Shown: positions 30,001-32,003 of the stretch, piece after piece
Layout of the letters: each line of letters starts with the position of its first letter
How positions within the stretch are numbered: position 1 is the first letter of the stretch
Assembly: GCA_049287205.1 (NCBI GenBank)
Contig: JBAQFJ010000001.1
Coordinates: 1-41,155 of the forward strand
From: Microgenomates group bacterium
Lineage (GTDB): Bacteria; Patescibacteriota; Microgenomatia; UBA10105; UBA927
Direction: 5' to 3'
DNA length: 41,155 nucleotides
Notes under the pieces: generated by a model
Database searches by the model: none
What the model was told of the DNA's origin: nothing
Seen by the model: the letters and a program-made list of their open reading frames with translations, nothing else
Translations under genes and position numbers: made by a program

Positions 30001-32003
30001 TTCTGAGCCCGCGGGTGGTTGCAGAGTTACTTTATGTACCAGTAGAAGTTTTACATCCGGAAACAAAACAATCTGGAATTGGAACAGAGATACAGGGAAT
30101 GGCTCCGATGTCGATGTATACCGACGGGGTCACGCAGCTGAAAAAAATGTCTTTGATTCCCCGTTCGGAACGGACGTTTTTTGAGAGAATGCAGTATGCG
30201 TTTATTGATGTGGCACTTGGAACAACGAAAGCTTTGTATGGAAAAACATTGTTAAATTCTACAAATCAGATGACAACTTCAGTAGTAAGCACATATGTAC
30301 AAGCGTACTATTATGCGGCGCGAAATAAGATAAAAGATGTTGCCACATTCTTAAAAAGTCCTGCATCTGAGCAGGGGAGTTTGACGTTGCCAAATGTATC
30401 AGAAAATGCTTCTGTGGATACAGTGCAGCCTTCAATAGACAGTGAAATAAAAAATAATGAAGCATCTACGGTGCGTCCATTCACTGAATCCGAAGTTGAA
30501 TCGATATCAAATGGATATGTTGCGTACAAACAATTTCTATCGAAGTTGCCATCATGGGTTAAGTTAGATAAAGGTCAAAAACAAACGCTTTTATCGTTGT
30601 TTTCAGGATTTAGACCAGAAGTTCATCTTTCGTCACCAGGGACAACAATAAGGGGACGTACTGGTATGGAAACTCTTTACTATGATACGTTGGTTCAACG
30701 AATTCTTATTCAACAATTGGCGAAAGAATCAGGATTTCTTTCTGTTGATCATAAAACTGTTAGCACAAATGGCGTATCTGTTATAAATCTTGCGGCGGCT
30801 TTTACCGTAATGAATGAAAATTCAGATTTATTTCCAAAAGAAATTATTAACAATCGGGATGCTGCTATGGAGTGGCTACGTACACATGCGGCTGATTGGA
30901 TGGCAGATTACCGAAGTAACAAAATTGTTACAAAGCGATACGGCTTACTCAGTGGTTTTTCAAGAAACAGTGTTGATTTAGACAATGTATATGGAGGAGC
31001 AGTAGCAAAAATAAATAAGATTGATACGAATATCATTCGTCAATTTGACACTTCCAAATATCCCGATGAACAAGAAAAAGCAAAACGAATGAAGCTCATC
31101 GAATCCATCTCTTCATTAGATGAGGTGGAGCGAAACGCGGTTATGAATGTATATACGGAGCGAGCTTTAGTATTAGATATAATATTTTTTAGTTTTTCGC
31201 AATCAGATGCATTGCAAGTAAAACAATGGGAGAATTTGATTCAATCTCAACCACAATACGAAGCTTTGGTAACGGAAGTTCCAGATATACGTAATGAAAT
31301 TAAAACGAAAGTGCAGCAAATTTTCTCCTCTTTGAAAAATCCTGCGTTGGAGCGGGGAGGGTTGATGTTGCCGTTGTTGGCAAAAGGAATATCGACTGAC
31401 GGGGTGGCACAAGATGTTACACGGTGGTCGGCAGGTATTGGACTCGGGGCAATGCTGACAAAGGCGTCACTTGCGATAACCGATCTTTCCTTTGTGGAAG
31501 GCGCATATACGCAGTTTCTTGACAAACTTGCTTCCATTATCGGTCCTTCTGCATACATCAATCCGAATTATTTCCGTTGGAATTTTATTGATTATGCGTT
31601 TGGCCTTGTTTCTGCGGGTTTGGCATATGTAGGATTTAACGCCGTTTTAGCCAAGCTGTTGCCAGCGGTGAAACACAAACGCGCAATTGCGCTTGTCGGA
31701 ACAGTTTTTTTGACAACGTTGTTTTCTTATTTAGGAGAACAGTATGGAAGTATTACACCCTTTAAGGGGTCACCTATTGATTTAAATGATTGGATGAATG
31801 AGTTTGGCGGAATGAGTACGTTTTTTCTTGCGGAATATGTGTTTTCTCTGTTAAAAAAACGCGGTATTTCACTGACAGGAAATCTGATCCCTCCGAAAAT
31901 AAAAGCAGTATTGCAGGGAGCGGCTTTTTTTGGAGGTATTGGGGTGATCGGATATGTCTCAGGCGTCTCTTTGGTGTATTTCTTTAAGCTGTTAGGATTG
32001 TAA
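3..32003 (+). CDS. Giant multidomain membrane-anchored protein (at least 10,657 aa; probably 5'-partial in this window)
   Basis: One frame (the phase of nt 30) has no stop for 31,974 nt and ends at TAA 32001-32003. The same frame is open back to nt 3: codons TTVACTVGK precede the GTG at 30 and continue the Cys-rich theme. The true start is therefore likely upstream of the window. At least nine independent catalytic or structural motif sets lie in this single frame across about 25 kb. The longest antisense ORF inside it is only 239 aa. Confidence 0.9.
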   Translation, partial: TTVACTVGKVQCNPTRPNELQTCIKREGASNTWMTTSCPNGCKNAACVTTTSATCTANEDSTLTTRECTTRGRTYRTLADGKICCLRVSTKTPTPSTTTTSGSLAIGDTCVKGFFGLGDTCKKCPNGEYYVAGRSGSGGTLKCGSASTTATTALTGVAISPSPSVVVDQAAYQSCTAACVATYKLEKDLNEKTSCMTACNTLLVAAAGAVGATGTSGTTGATGTTGATGVTPSITPYPVPTPPNFTGGVLQCSAGGGTNAKAGSFTFDNGSIYKCDGTTGRWFNVSNIGWGPEDVPESERPSWLVPGSNYWVAYTTSAVTAPSIYTTEAKNACVVNVADGKVSYSDGDIAIGPYHTDGDKGNRYRCEDGKWKACDGCLLTVVPEYMKSDAAYQQEVEAISLAYQNYAIALSACGQNPTQACVDAAATGLNLSNDALLEVQKQYNQQAAIQNTYYPAMQAYATCLATPGKTEATCADERRAANVTYAATGLGGGVYQQVSANFGTVVYNTFLNDYIAINARIDVCAEDNSYVFSDGATCTDATQQLANLKNDPLFVYFDQTTSNSTLDLLLADAAKNEGISTVYAKYAVVSDAYTTPDSELVERCETTGAGAVYTTSYQGERIKTCTAAAVRQNLLTTATLSDGLKEQIVYGYKQNLLSQYSQATAYGDLAAVSTLCEQFSTKEICADYAKAVNVISSNFKITFSTEELAAMGNINKTLTDTKTYSYLLDPSQCDLSTEAICAKIETNPTAVLKTLPENLQDAWLSQQIVTTSAPDILALCKQLLSASKCKDEKTAITSLTATLPQDMQTGLVDNRTTYQQTITTFELVTGGDDEAMTTACKKQYPNAADQAIHCVNPDSYRQALVLTLPEAAQTQAAAVIEETTRQPDTLYYQAYQQYVKDNGETTIEEFNELNNKAFDSMKAKWDLYGYTEQYAAAYQKGNFVPLQAKEDYKNNVPWYKKLYVGTQTLGDTFVSRTWGVDEEVAAERARGIYMGLDIETKQSYLTSIAETPAYKTALQQDSTLTPETYLKSQLATAIGYENDYLTAGIIRVDNKDQFYAQVMRGELTPTDTAKNLTASEKSALAVFNFANGVTAVFGGNTTGASETFVRDANPAIEEAQNEWTADMMIRDIHYNNPTLYVNLNLGDETTRKQVTENYAAALYIKDHAERDDIPGVDTLFASDPQWVTRAALTGEVDFTALKESVADVVTYNVAKDLNKVITTMDSGNITEKTDYKAAAAQAAQVVADAYLNSFSASDLAVMDEQLALKKPDMKPEEYEAYRKTQLKALMDSENNKDYQFLFSAAGWDIPTTEEVLTGQKDVARDMRVISEEKAKYPVAYWLNRQENGLLAKGQLILDDPESNTWDKARAVVMMNAKPVSWVLAVVPVGKLVASGAKIATVPMMMNIGSTALGVTMTADSLAQAMDACTFKDDMNTRACVTSSLMTGFAAFSTVPGMKQLQLASNEALAMRAAANVTTKVETMVLQGASEAEISVALKTAQAAADKAAVRVLTSQTSVVSKVVGNQVYNRATSLLGGAAFGLQAVDACAEGPNVNCVLTAGMAAVSFTRVFVNPNIASDVQKGVGQTIHNADKIINTGFAATACSEAAEGKVPWSQCTSALFMATSAFREPGAPTTKTETNFDVRSQQSKALSEFELLLKSKAGEAVTYNGTSYTPETFTEAVRTKLLTEARTQVTVTNLEVTKLNAQVEQAMKKLAGTPEQWTPGTRELKKAQELWSEISTKTNATSEQIDAAAHALLSAKQTATYEAMLLKPKRTFATVVNKLFRRSQPELDALATAQKEYKELLKGKDLNPNDPVYKEKMQVLLTADTAVTRKYVYNEVQRTYATELDAKKKVLADLEQKYTEALAQKESSLVVDDALLNSVAELETNVLAARSDVVVQQARLESAGGFWNRVGIALGREAAVQSRVEKTIAELYPTAANKLAAVQPTKTTLADAYSKLLDRNPLVKEWRQKQLSVIEARKNAGGAETVRQRVIDRVASALLGKYSGESVTVSVRDIDVYRQTQVKEGTIPEVVKEQRISQAELKQALDTNNTVKMTKEQSILSRTEPDVVKATAIEQKAQAVREAVAVYESALLDRPKKLAAVTEAMKTYEKALAESNITSSKTTSSVKSLTTALSEKAMAYTKAVTEYKQTATPENLTKVQTADIAFKKAQIDVFVAEKQAFVYEAAKGLNPVERAKILTKTELMPELPASWSEPQKLTVELRVRAMEMKINEVWKATGKLKQTGVFGWKAAQISDAVKLLSGNRSLAIQMTGGGKTFTNALYMDLSYELTGRPGTYIAKDAQSIQVYNQLKPLFGEDIYYFRLGKDIKGNPLDIVQQEAQMRSAKFILAEPSDIAFLLDTMKSPGLTTQQQIASFEAYKKIYTANRTIDEFPEFLNSKNEWVMSFTSDQAVIGSTRQTALMEQLQKVFVEKNILTEGLVGSQERVQLTDLIEKTIVVSDGTVVKQSHFTEKGVKSMIDSMLETKLSDGNVLFDGLTGTREQKIATVYEVFDAIATRDPAKLAAIEADPVLTKIYTDATFLGDAMNKSATILVSEIGSQTFATGIGSNGNLQANVKDGDIITALSRKMLQSWVWDTPLTIEALKTVSVNGQTIKTNIFDLYAWDIAFGREVGGFSGVTATPDAIRNIAKMAGYTVNEAEILVVNAANKKRIFGEPDAATGNLTGGRVSEKNFVSLGEQGDLVQAVKKYAAMMTEELVKQNGVVINKSDKHILAVNARASKEEIMALMASEKNLGTKRNYVVATEDGNIYEVKFTDGKAQFVEMTKKYSNVNISAKATGLERIMSTGISDHTTVIILEGQSIGGDFPGSKEISFQSIIDASRATTEIVYQTHGRGMRTNETLLSDGMITFGSKEIVGNSAESMKEFIGKIEINSTVAQKNLMAEAIPAWLNAQANLPMYEAYVELMNAGKPAEAAKISTMLADMQKVQESYDANVFKKGTEFKDSVQQKVNELSAKYNRLLTENADFFNQPDMAALKNRLLADNVEAYTISIKETGGDVAKLQLAGDGLRGAARRISENLSFDEVPKYVAGDTAKGEISAKLADALNGIKGEPITITDPASAALKAAAMQAEQDLAISGGTTGTKVVNTKSSTQTAVDILKTIQGQSTAIQTPQDRALVIQGLSPARANVAAALALYQQESAKITITPIDQTTDKKLSVGVKVEGLAITNANQVVLRVLKTGGRVVTTVGETTFDFADNTSYYVVAPEGYVGNTTVDDITTRAGGVKVTIASSVEQPADSAVIAKALQDLNLAKDEANTIEYGLFEDALQRVTEQVGGTDEFARRTAASALMQYESAVSDVLATMTDAQKQSLSDPIALDTNASILAARTAAVTAIAAYKNDATFDAEQAVTQLAHPIMTTLIALAKAEISTIASDTTTKDTVTFGNAPKAKQTSVVGAFFTGIWNTLNPQGTEWFTAGAQTVQAYWNLTKNAVQQGALAIRQNAATRRVARAEEKLDAAKAVKRITVADRTIGQATQTQVTAENRARTQTAGLLSILPWKNKAALKSVMLEIDGLRKDITNHKAVLTTLAADQNTTIDELPDELIGQDGIDVSLRRGVIALDEKKIGVLQDSLVPLLPKRSTFSLLSVIDRISTWRNLTIEKRQENAQKIYDTAVDKQTALATQQATAESDLTVVQETLTNALAAWSEAARPGFAGGFTALREAIVDPDYSLRKQVDAMVREEKKIDRKIAREKNAGDQEQKHYEAVAQELARLNEKIAPFAAKETAANNSINKAYRRINDLEKKITRMSAATQTTAIETRIAGWQAQIAVQQAEIARMNAENAENHKQYTKISNQKKSFEQELTVALQAASESKDVILTLEEQKSALVEQRENIAISDAPGLFESIKRIAGFMGVGSAYNADVSSWARQLVGYTAGNVSDTAIAAAYKTKHAVLASALETAKKDVVNAQIAYDKATIRQENAKQKLALIQQSLEDYKTAKQDNPTNIALPNVMSKKWLEEIATLQSKVEAIDEQLHGRTMENAADAAEKIEIYQATSLRTIYTDRIAELERNVAEKKTIDMSAVDTSYLAYLEVSMHNAESAVEITTHYTNGMKFLLTHAETVLEKRQTALDALGTFEAPVRDLVMPAAPGFPQVLLSMVAQLNPDIRTMLTEERRQNAVYTVATELLKKGTTEVIQVLTIETSGLAKTITKQATHVLRVNRGSSTQEEEVQSIFTAAKEQASAFVMLFTAFSAEQKKAIVVAVIAKQPIGDSKTKQLLETELRTVAHDGLSDMLFTYWVSSMAEQLLPVVNTAKQTGEIKIIPAGTQSIAPITPIAPIVSLPKPSVITPAGPTTEQKERVDMIIQEYMITVRKEAETTKNLDMLTFIPTVVAAISRDITDEGLPELTLSQIEAVTEQLTLEIQAGIAKQSAVPASPLAQQKATIETEIASVTQALRAATTVVENYTKNKAIVDQIKKEQGQIQGVQKQITAALTAVDVDILAVDDQLQQASAELNRLSVQIANSSITPEAQAKRAQAVAEQLVNTMDAAQIPIIQQWVKTLNASQQYTEASIREVLTNDLQSRFAGIESLAAELLSTTPEFAGDTDGVNNYAAQIAQTLSVQWFINRYTDSKFFTVKTTVDPTTARNSVAIGDVHGDWNALVKILSGQMANENGERIKKSLIDRNGNWIGGPTDQLILTGDFFDRAPDGILSSQTAEKLMKLQQRAGMMSDGKTPKIVMLLGNHDANTVVAYNKMKALLQSGQMTDVKEAADLASVFAPVKPGIAGDDLLYLYNHPEVVDWATRLPAMFVQDGALYMHSDNLSYLSLGRTVDEVNENVGKILQSGQATIIDADGNTLEFDQTKLAKKLTDRGKLYGSNVDKILNQYGVQTIVHGHSQGEASQDPRVTNVDGGLSESYSGQAKNRGRFASQQVQGKQITTVAVSPLTLPVADVAVDPIPLSPSLVSAAATPDIQAQLATYKTQVETLAKEKAQLFQTKIEQRFQLEALEKTLQEITTKLSGIAVSESTYKTAVASQKALKKQLAANKKLLDEATQLIGAQQELRAYVATLRKNKLVKIKDSAVISLASLSDMRDFVSALGGLVAASIEKLVPTTADAIFTIEALVIDALPPAGLINNIVESTTFVQTIQQALLNAADALDTEAQRAVLIKQLQGIEIEDIDTLSIQELQDLVDMLKDDAAQLQQGQEAQIQQKIQEGIDAFKRIAADQAGRKTLLAVPDVNVFAVNAVGQLNVELQKNALPVLSQFQERALALEIVSIVTTVKKEEAVGTEEQSFYTEEGGDLVEKATNRRYPNIEPFREAGKKSPLEAPGPVVSVGTYDPNERPVLFNSNMFNSLLENMRTHSYTYDANGQQVFSKEFGAMLFGREKTDPQSGKTYVEAEYYIPFPESTLVGTAGDLNITPEAWAAVSKIADAMEKHVEPGLIPLGWIHTHPDLGTFLSRQDLFIQGNYFPAKLAVVIDPREQSDATPVVSTFSEFGIGAAQNNTRFKKHQGYYLASQTMLPRALTDDAVQHIAEINTIIEDLSVTPAGTGTSELDQEIAKEKAVIAEKERLYAAIEEEAKDNGVMPKDIRARVLAFTDWYSKEMGIPFSERKQMDLDQQLKEHAQAGVFSWTRTQFTDAITAIRAGGITIEDLPAAPESAAEGFKVLQAYLDYLQTQFIGEQQLTADKIAVSTILEQFNTIFAAKGRFDASFINATKLLFVIPDLVNAIADVQAFSKKLDTEIQRQETEGQSQEAWMQTLQKQLETPGVATILITRNNGVVAQTITTPSSSYFADVQAIFSALSTTDTITVFFTADDGSQFAGTYHLNWFGRVVQVGMNIPSLSSVTDSRPEGIFQPVPAYLTPQQKGEIEVFIDSIENVTNEAVRSRENEQYARAYARFEEQLTAAEKAAARSQEEIDAQVARSAALEAEKLQNAQTKFLPAGPTVQEQISASLLAENTEVAQMLLDQLKNISQGKTIDIVDPISGEVYTVSDYTAPFLTTAMTQSYQAGKDSARVVSMMRPFIVAPQNVQPILRPNTALVRQQLQKELAKKLSAAIQVGMTAYTNEQGIKTVQTIQNAIKTYLETQIPVSATVDETIRNTVIEEQTQKTFTATLASITTIQKTSINTIDDAVLRATTLPELTELTKQLAETSGIVEALQLTTLQELLTIVADDIAEQRIAIETVEQEKRLAEAQEELGAAWEQLISQGEQGDQTTVLEDALGVAQNAVSIIPVAYENLVNEFEFGIIETPAVKAKKAKRTAAVKKVKTTPVVVTTAPTTEQIATAQIVLGAFSPLRDRVNNISNRLPAVSITEMQDIFYDLTAAIQAVDQADMPSEEKQKLFPSFSLIRNEIATIQDRLTTLEREQQTILYEISDADYTLFASSTVSIVHQLDVIELLRQELVSVVPLSISAPVVSIPELTAAEEQPAATISDELETRIRETQKAVIRRIFSEPISTAIEVSLRAQLQDLQVQVPQTSPQYTSLQQTMDLVTQAVHEQTIKSIAKQVASVTEVSQEQANVLLAQLSAIPEGISPTAVADLKVQIQNKLPKTPTAPIVTKSKTPKQLAAEAGQAMKNVQKSVADGANFTITWRAIQSAFTASKTLANSKEYRTMLIDEIVKIQDIKIRTRIIDNLHPLFKVLKINKEWKDFTSNLQKRLSELPAVETKPIAPAVKPVVKITKQQITEANRAVEQMKLAITQGASPQRVYTAIKEVLLVSRLFANNQEYRTLVGDAIQEIQDEHTLQTILSGLHSFFMVQRMVEEGSELIERIQAKLDTIVQTQENEEKEQIAQLTQDTIGLQETNEIIAALEQEITKTQQAIDQNIQKYGDVSVIYQKTVEDLSKTATPLEGIFTLEAVNVTGDFFESSGDTKAKVLQNLQLTKDETVLEPIGSGANRAVYRIPWNGKQAILKIASLKEQAWSDIVEKSVLEQDPAFPKELSKNLLETYAHGSFDVPYKNGSRAVYYEIVESLTPEVDSSSTEVTAFEHESSALRTFLGEMSDVTGAKNWGVRPDGTPVLLDITNFNMSGIDDMLSFLRVRIQDIQKNVQFFQAAKTDPILQILSRIHRIVSDDIKFSGDLAILDASFKTKEDYIGQLISQEIQPLSIDRVNLHLENQLTYKNRPEEFYKSVNDAINKLTRLKSATTLEEQIRIAFTDDIKVTPAGVEQPETVEVKTPVVDTAMETVNKTIVLAQGWIEKIRLGEAAYVENIPKFITRIQEVVAPLPAESEAYGAAQKLIQTLQELKKQQTEKKEQAPEIPIEKKPLVEEIAVVPIIETVLTEEIAPMMTKRLPAVWKTVQSAKQQDIIAGLQQIAKGAIEDEVNQSYVRDMIAGARSKAFVTNRLSAAFEDYLQQTLVQTGLMTGEIPLALRTDLATLVIDQITPFVSTTVTISKPESTTTKSKMTTPVATVNTTVVKQQIADQVREQIDGLLPNLIVERAERNAVEESIQRLQQAGGDVGAAIKKNKEAITNVTLQELLRTHEFTPESVLSLQGAIYQKQSKGALSVSNIAWQLDPEQKTIVTIHHTDGVVDQVSIKSSAMTQKTLLAYMRPLDSAVFTTAAGEKIVITLTRQGGKTIDGNMQTPAVWQQYSSVSSPTMIVSGSTADTPVYRVSAMAIETGDKAVSLVGDVIKTTAKAAGSVLPKKATSLVGDVRAMIPQDVPYVVRKAVGDALTQEFAAQNITTYETAAAFLANGTISQTMQTTFAALQELTANATEWYQAAGMVMTHMSELQWDPKFTVVTRQTTASILAGKIADATRMHALVAGKTSLASQSEIILLTGRILTMYAAGTNGIKLSSKETKAVINALQQPISVYITAVLENQIATSTLFPAEQPALQSAATEEVKQLIEEETVQAPVRELTPSEVKNLLQTAPMIEEIRTDIAWRLSKNAALSSLTTMDALLVANGQVEQLIQASIGEIVQEAYSDAGVTGVFNPQEKNNQVITDVVHQTTQQAMSVLTRLIRGDIAYQGIQPAVEEAVRQSEETTRAYVSWNQVKEFLDKTTHVLQEPNTYFSGESLTYIAQLLYKPHALQTDLQTIAEKPKEITKKLPKMLRTIRAQDIARQASERTKTIVKLTATGLAVLGVYAVTHIPAILGFAGAMRIAMTNPGANITPSSPVTIIEQFTQAPTINPTNTLDLSTSTPTQAPSATLAAPVDTVGQALYEAYLGSASVQDFAYRPLFERVVNERIARAQAEGDAFWIRITGKNASQLTQAEKDAVLQNPVVSIPLLVTDGDLVDPSGGKLETAEEQAVALRSMRNDATFVIYLNTQTGRLDILSSTRQVLMSNGGQYNALLQRDKENPLQGAQIALEEMFGTTMDEPIVADRFFLRYLVDAVFPEGITVSVPQDMVRDSMNANGQYPVVYKAGTYTFHGDELISYISVRHLQKETEYHRQARAAQVLFLMLQKFGSSANSAEIIENMSQTLRFHVQEGGRIIMLNDLTGAKGSDDTFAALATRFQFLQNPKYFSSGAFGEIYDHQLALNANFLNPHLSVLQPVASRTVTYANLLKALGVYINPVGVYVPSGVDLWYMPQPSAQSAGYFASTREIAKDMVSESVDEIQTVLVPVVPTAVPAVVVPEVEPAQEEQAQIPTESAAPAAYQITDRPVRIMLLGDSLISAGTLPTKFSASLGSAGWNVVFVGSQATGRVAHEGHGGFSTSWFVRDLLNTDGDGMWNNLGQREPTLNLKGADTIPDIVVLQMGTNDINNGYPLEKSKANMETIIAYLQQQNPHVQIVINPVPVMNADYYENATPEAIAAYNAMLATLTTSSSTNTSSIVMTDASLENIDLAIDISSDGVHPTQSGDQKIANALQRVVGERLSELTGIDTQAYVPSGKVLQMPVAVERVEIMKMIAVQQWEELQKGMKTRQQDVAVQQVQVKRNEIQGPMKNMMVEIIPYWLQQSWYTNVVMSESFWALMDLTHDIEVILKNDQVNIIKTPKKATESKTRQTNQMLPVEQKVEEVVAPVVKTIEDAENDPCGFSSLFIESVFAQGAGNPCSGSTKIVKQISGLVFKATGRTASDAMKLTAYMPHRVIWNQITNSRKQAVPLQQMVVSPFSDSGKMIPMQTVEPANIQSMNPENADWNALTVDEKAILRLADFEIVRDEYIAMKSSYFGSLPKTFSEKLTGTIAKIWSAGTNFRRMPQDLFVRLRVFLNPKIATTLKAKTVSASVFSRDTLMTNPTFTGILDQAKAEGNTKALQTIKNLLDREVMKEVNAENVLMLEGISTEELAVIVSKLGYNPWVFWSDNRGETSRIAIDNALVDGKHPFEANGALNGLSEEQKQKELSYFQKLFPNIPRWLTWLPIAKWSVSRDHSVVHTVTVDGKTYHFLTMHVDPPNAVTFVKDVWNKITGKTAKDHRNMFAYHAMEAGTGKSYVGTGLYALGQKMFIQLLGSAKDKGIIGGLTVTGEEHYKTTDTVIGDDAITWKISDMVKAETEAKIVSPSLTTVLMNQDIDASVDTSGKPTIIPANNTTIVGEHHIRTSVDEQSEADFIKKLEVSQVVVVEFDSLGDNVYSQQSTEKRFMQQAQEHALAQNKPLLVLDSSIEDRYKLWLDAGVDVSREDFAILTGFRLLSQDFANNISGSQSKQTLVDLYTGYFSGQSAYASRLADAVYQMYFGLIESDSVTKKNALQVDFVTLDAAARERYYQKSIAAIEKNVSDKNILVVVGASHAIPIARTITDGSLTKADPLLSTNINTTLSTLKQQINFEQIISGMPALQQSEAALSGQSLTIVSIPADLASFTMTRDGFTLSGKGTISVEGSTFPVTLEGAFPIFANMTPYLKQDGFPVRVTVNDANGKRVGSIHMEFNKGDESVGDIGRLLQADINNSVFLTVNVDVNPEYRQQGIATALLDYTELLASQVFSEAKNYPQLYPTNLRMFHLLFDANSTDGFTTKYAESHGYKTITQGLQYVKELTADVKSSVEQAERLNVGLFAEGTKYLVKAGVDAVQNGVKKFLYGNTIQNFNQWKELTFSSQAYLLQQAVLRDHRDILQRIDMASNDAQEAVKNLVADTYDRTKTETSLPLEILSPRVVAELLYVPVEVLHPETKQSGIGTEIQGMAPMSMYTDGVTQLKKMSLIPRSERTFFERMQYAFIDVALGTTKALYGKTLLNSTNQMTTSVVSTYVQAYYYAARNKIKDVATFLKSPASEQGSLTLPNVSENASVDTVQPSIDSEIKNNEASTVRPFTESEVESISNGYVAYKQFLSKLPSWVKLDKGQKQTLLSLFSGFRPEVHLSSPGTTIRGRTGMETLYYDTLVQRILIQQLAKESGFLSVDHKTVSTNGVSVINLAAAFTVMNENSDLFPKEIINNRDAAMEWLRTHAADWMADYRSNKIVTKRYGLLSGFSRNSVDLDNVYGGAVAKINKIDTNIIRQFDTSKYPDEQEKAKRMKLIESISSLDEVERNAVMNVYTERALVLDIIFFSFSQSDALQVKQWENLIQSQPQYEALVTEVPDIRNEIKTKVQQIFSSLKNPALERGGLMLPLLAKGISTDGVAQDVTRWSAGIGLGAMLTKASLAITDLSFVEGAYTQFLDKLASIIGPSAYINPNYFRWNFIDYAFGLVSAGLAYVGFNAVLAKLLPAVKHKRAIALVGTVFLTTLFSYLGEQYGSITPFKGSPIDLNDWMNEFGGMSTFFLAEYVFSLLKKRGISLTGNLIPPKIKAVLQGAAFFGGIGVIGYVSGVSLVYFFKLLGL
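30..1140 (+). other. Cys-rich, Thr/Gly/Pro-rich N-terminal module of the giant protein (probably extracytoplasmic or adhesive)
   Basis: By my count there are 23 Cys in the first ~370 residues, with CxxC and CxnC spacing (CPNGCKNAAC; CVKGFFGLGDTCKKCPNGEYY; SCTAACV...SCMTAC). There are PT-rich linkers (STKTPTPSTTTTS; TPYPVPTPP). The motif Y[KR]C[DE](D)G..W occurs twice (GSIYKCDGTTGRWF; GNRYRCEDGKWKAC). I recognise no specific family. Confidence 0.5.
633..695 (+). repeat. Short collagen-like Gly-X-Thr/Ser run (7 triplets) containing an exact 2x18-bp tandem duplication (651-668 and 669-686)
   Basis: The translation is GAT GTS GTT GAT GTT GAT GVT. The unit ggtacaacaggtgctacc occurs twice back to back at 651-686 and is followed by a partial third ggt. 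Confidence 0.85.
4130..4890 (+). other. Cluster of weakly hydrophobic Gly/Ala/Cys-containing helices (candidate membrane-interacting region)
   Basis: The segments are PVSWVLAVVPVGKLVASGAKIATVPMMMNIGSTALGVTMTA, ACVTSSLMTGFAAFSTVPGM, ATSLLGGAAFGLQAVDACAEGPNVNCVLTAGMAAVSFTRVFV, IINTGFAATACSEAA and CTSALFMATSAF. They are hydrophobic but are not textbook TM helices. Confidence 0.35.
6780..8600 (+). other. SecA-like (SecA DEAD-type) two-lobed P-loop ATPase domain
   Basis: SLAIQMTGGGKTFTNALYMDLSYELTGRPGTYIAKDAQSI...LKPLFGEDI parallels E. coli SecA [39 protein letters not shown]...NRPLFEFLG. The Walker A motif TGGGKT is at 6831-6848. TIDEFPEFL (7181-) sits where SecA has its DEVD box. VIILEGQSIGGDF resembles the motif V region TNMAGRGTDI. 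YQTHGRGMRT (8568-8588) resembles the motif VI arginine finger. Confidence 0.65.
13840..14660 (+). other. Calcineurin-like metallophosphoesterase, bacterial PPP (PrpA/ApaH-like) type
   Basis: All canonical motifs occur in order: GDVHG (13857-13871), GDFFDRA (14001-), LLGNHD (about 14125), and VHGHS (about 14580). Confidence 0.85.
15925..16400 (+). other. JAB/MPN (JAMM) metalloprotease domain
   Basis: An upstream Glu lies in EFGAMLFGRE (about 16032-16061). The complete JAMM signature H-x-H-x7-S-xx-D is present in GWIHTHPDLGTFLSRQD (about 16243-16290). It is followed by LAVVIDP. Confidence 0.85.
19604..20248 (+). repeat. Two diverged tandem ~100-aa helical repeats (protein level) just upstream of the kinase-like domain, with a probable third copy at about 21771-21985
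   Basis: Repeat A contains ...ANSKEYRTMLIDEIVKIQD...IIDNLHPLFKV.... Repeat B contains ...ANNQEYRTLVGDAIQEIQD...ILSGLHSFFMV.... The third copy contains ...VNQSYVRDMIAGARSKAFVTNRLSAAFEDYL.... The similarity is visible by eye in the protein. It is not an exact DNA repeat. Confidence 0.6.
20560..21010 (+). other. Protein-kinase-like (PKL fold) domain, atypical
   Basis: There is a Gly-rich loop LEPIGSGANRAVYRI (20587-20610), followed by a beta3-type Lys in QAILKI (20637-20651). YYEIVESL is hinge-like. SDVTGAKNWGVRPDGTPVLLDITNF (20915-20987) resembles the catalytic D...N loop plus the metal-binding Asp. The spacing is not canonical for eukaryote-like kinases. Confidence 0.55.
24141..24236 (+). other. 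Internal transmembrane segment (one long helix or a hairpin)
   Basis: KLTATGLAVLGVYAVTHIPAILGFAGAMRIAM is preceded by a basic stretch (KKLPKMLRTIRAQDIARQASERTK) and followed by a Pro/Thr/Ser linker. Confidence 0.7.
24590..25150 (+). other. LytR-CpsA-Psr (LCP)-like domain (glycopolymer-to-cell-wall phosphotransferase family), divergent
   Basis: IPLLVTDGD...RSMRNDATFVIYLNTQTGRLDILSSTRQV matches the LCP core pattern (LLlGsD...RsDtimlvs.n.....l.SipRD). FLRYLVDAVFPEGITVSVPQDM and YKAGTYTFHGDELISYISVRH...YHRQARAAQVLFLMLQK match the later LCP blocks. A TM anchor immediately upstream is the usual LCP arrangement. Confidence 0.55.
25735..26375 (+). other. SGNH/GDSL hydrolase domain
   Basis: Block I is IMLLGDSLISAG (GDSL at 25757-25768). 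Block II is HEGHGGFST. Block III is LQMGTNDINNG. Block V is SSDGVHPTQSGD (26304-26315). A Val/Pro-rich linker (VPVVPTAVPAVVVPEVEPA) precedes the domain. Confidence 0.85.
28330..28960 (+). other. ChaN/EreA/TIKI-superfamily-like domain
   Basis: TIVGEHHIRTS (28347-28358) resembles the ChaN GExH motif. VVVVEFDS supplies the conserved Glu. AAARERYYQKSIAAI...NILVVVGASHAIPIA (28923-28937) resembles the R...GngH C-terminal block. Confidence 0.45.
29280..29640 (+). other. GNAT-family N-acetyltransferase domain
   Basis: The motif A pattern V..V.PeyRgqGIgtaLl appears in LTVNVDVNPEYRQQGIATALLDYTELLA (about 29421-29480). There is a C-terminal FTTKYAESHGYKT, which is like the fYek.GF block. Confidence 0.7.
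31585..32000 (+). other. Four C-terminal transmembrane helices (membrane anchor of the giant protein)
   Basis: The helices are FIDYAFGLVSAGLAYVGFNAVLAKLL, AIALVGTVFLTTLFSYLG, FGGMSTFFLAEYVFSLL and LQGAAFFGGIGVIGYVSGVSLVYFF. They are separated by short charged loops (KHKR, KKRG). Confidence 0.75.
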
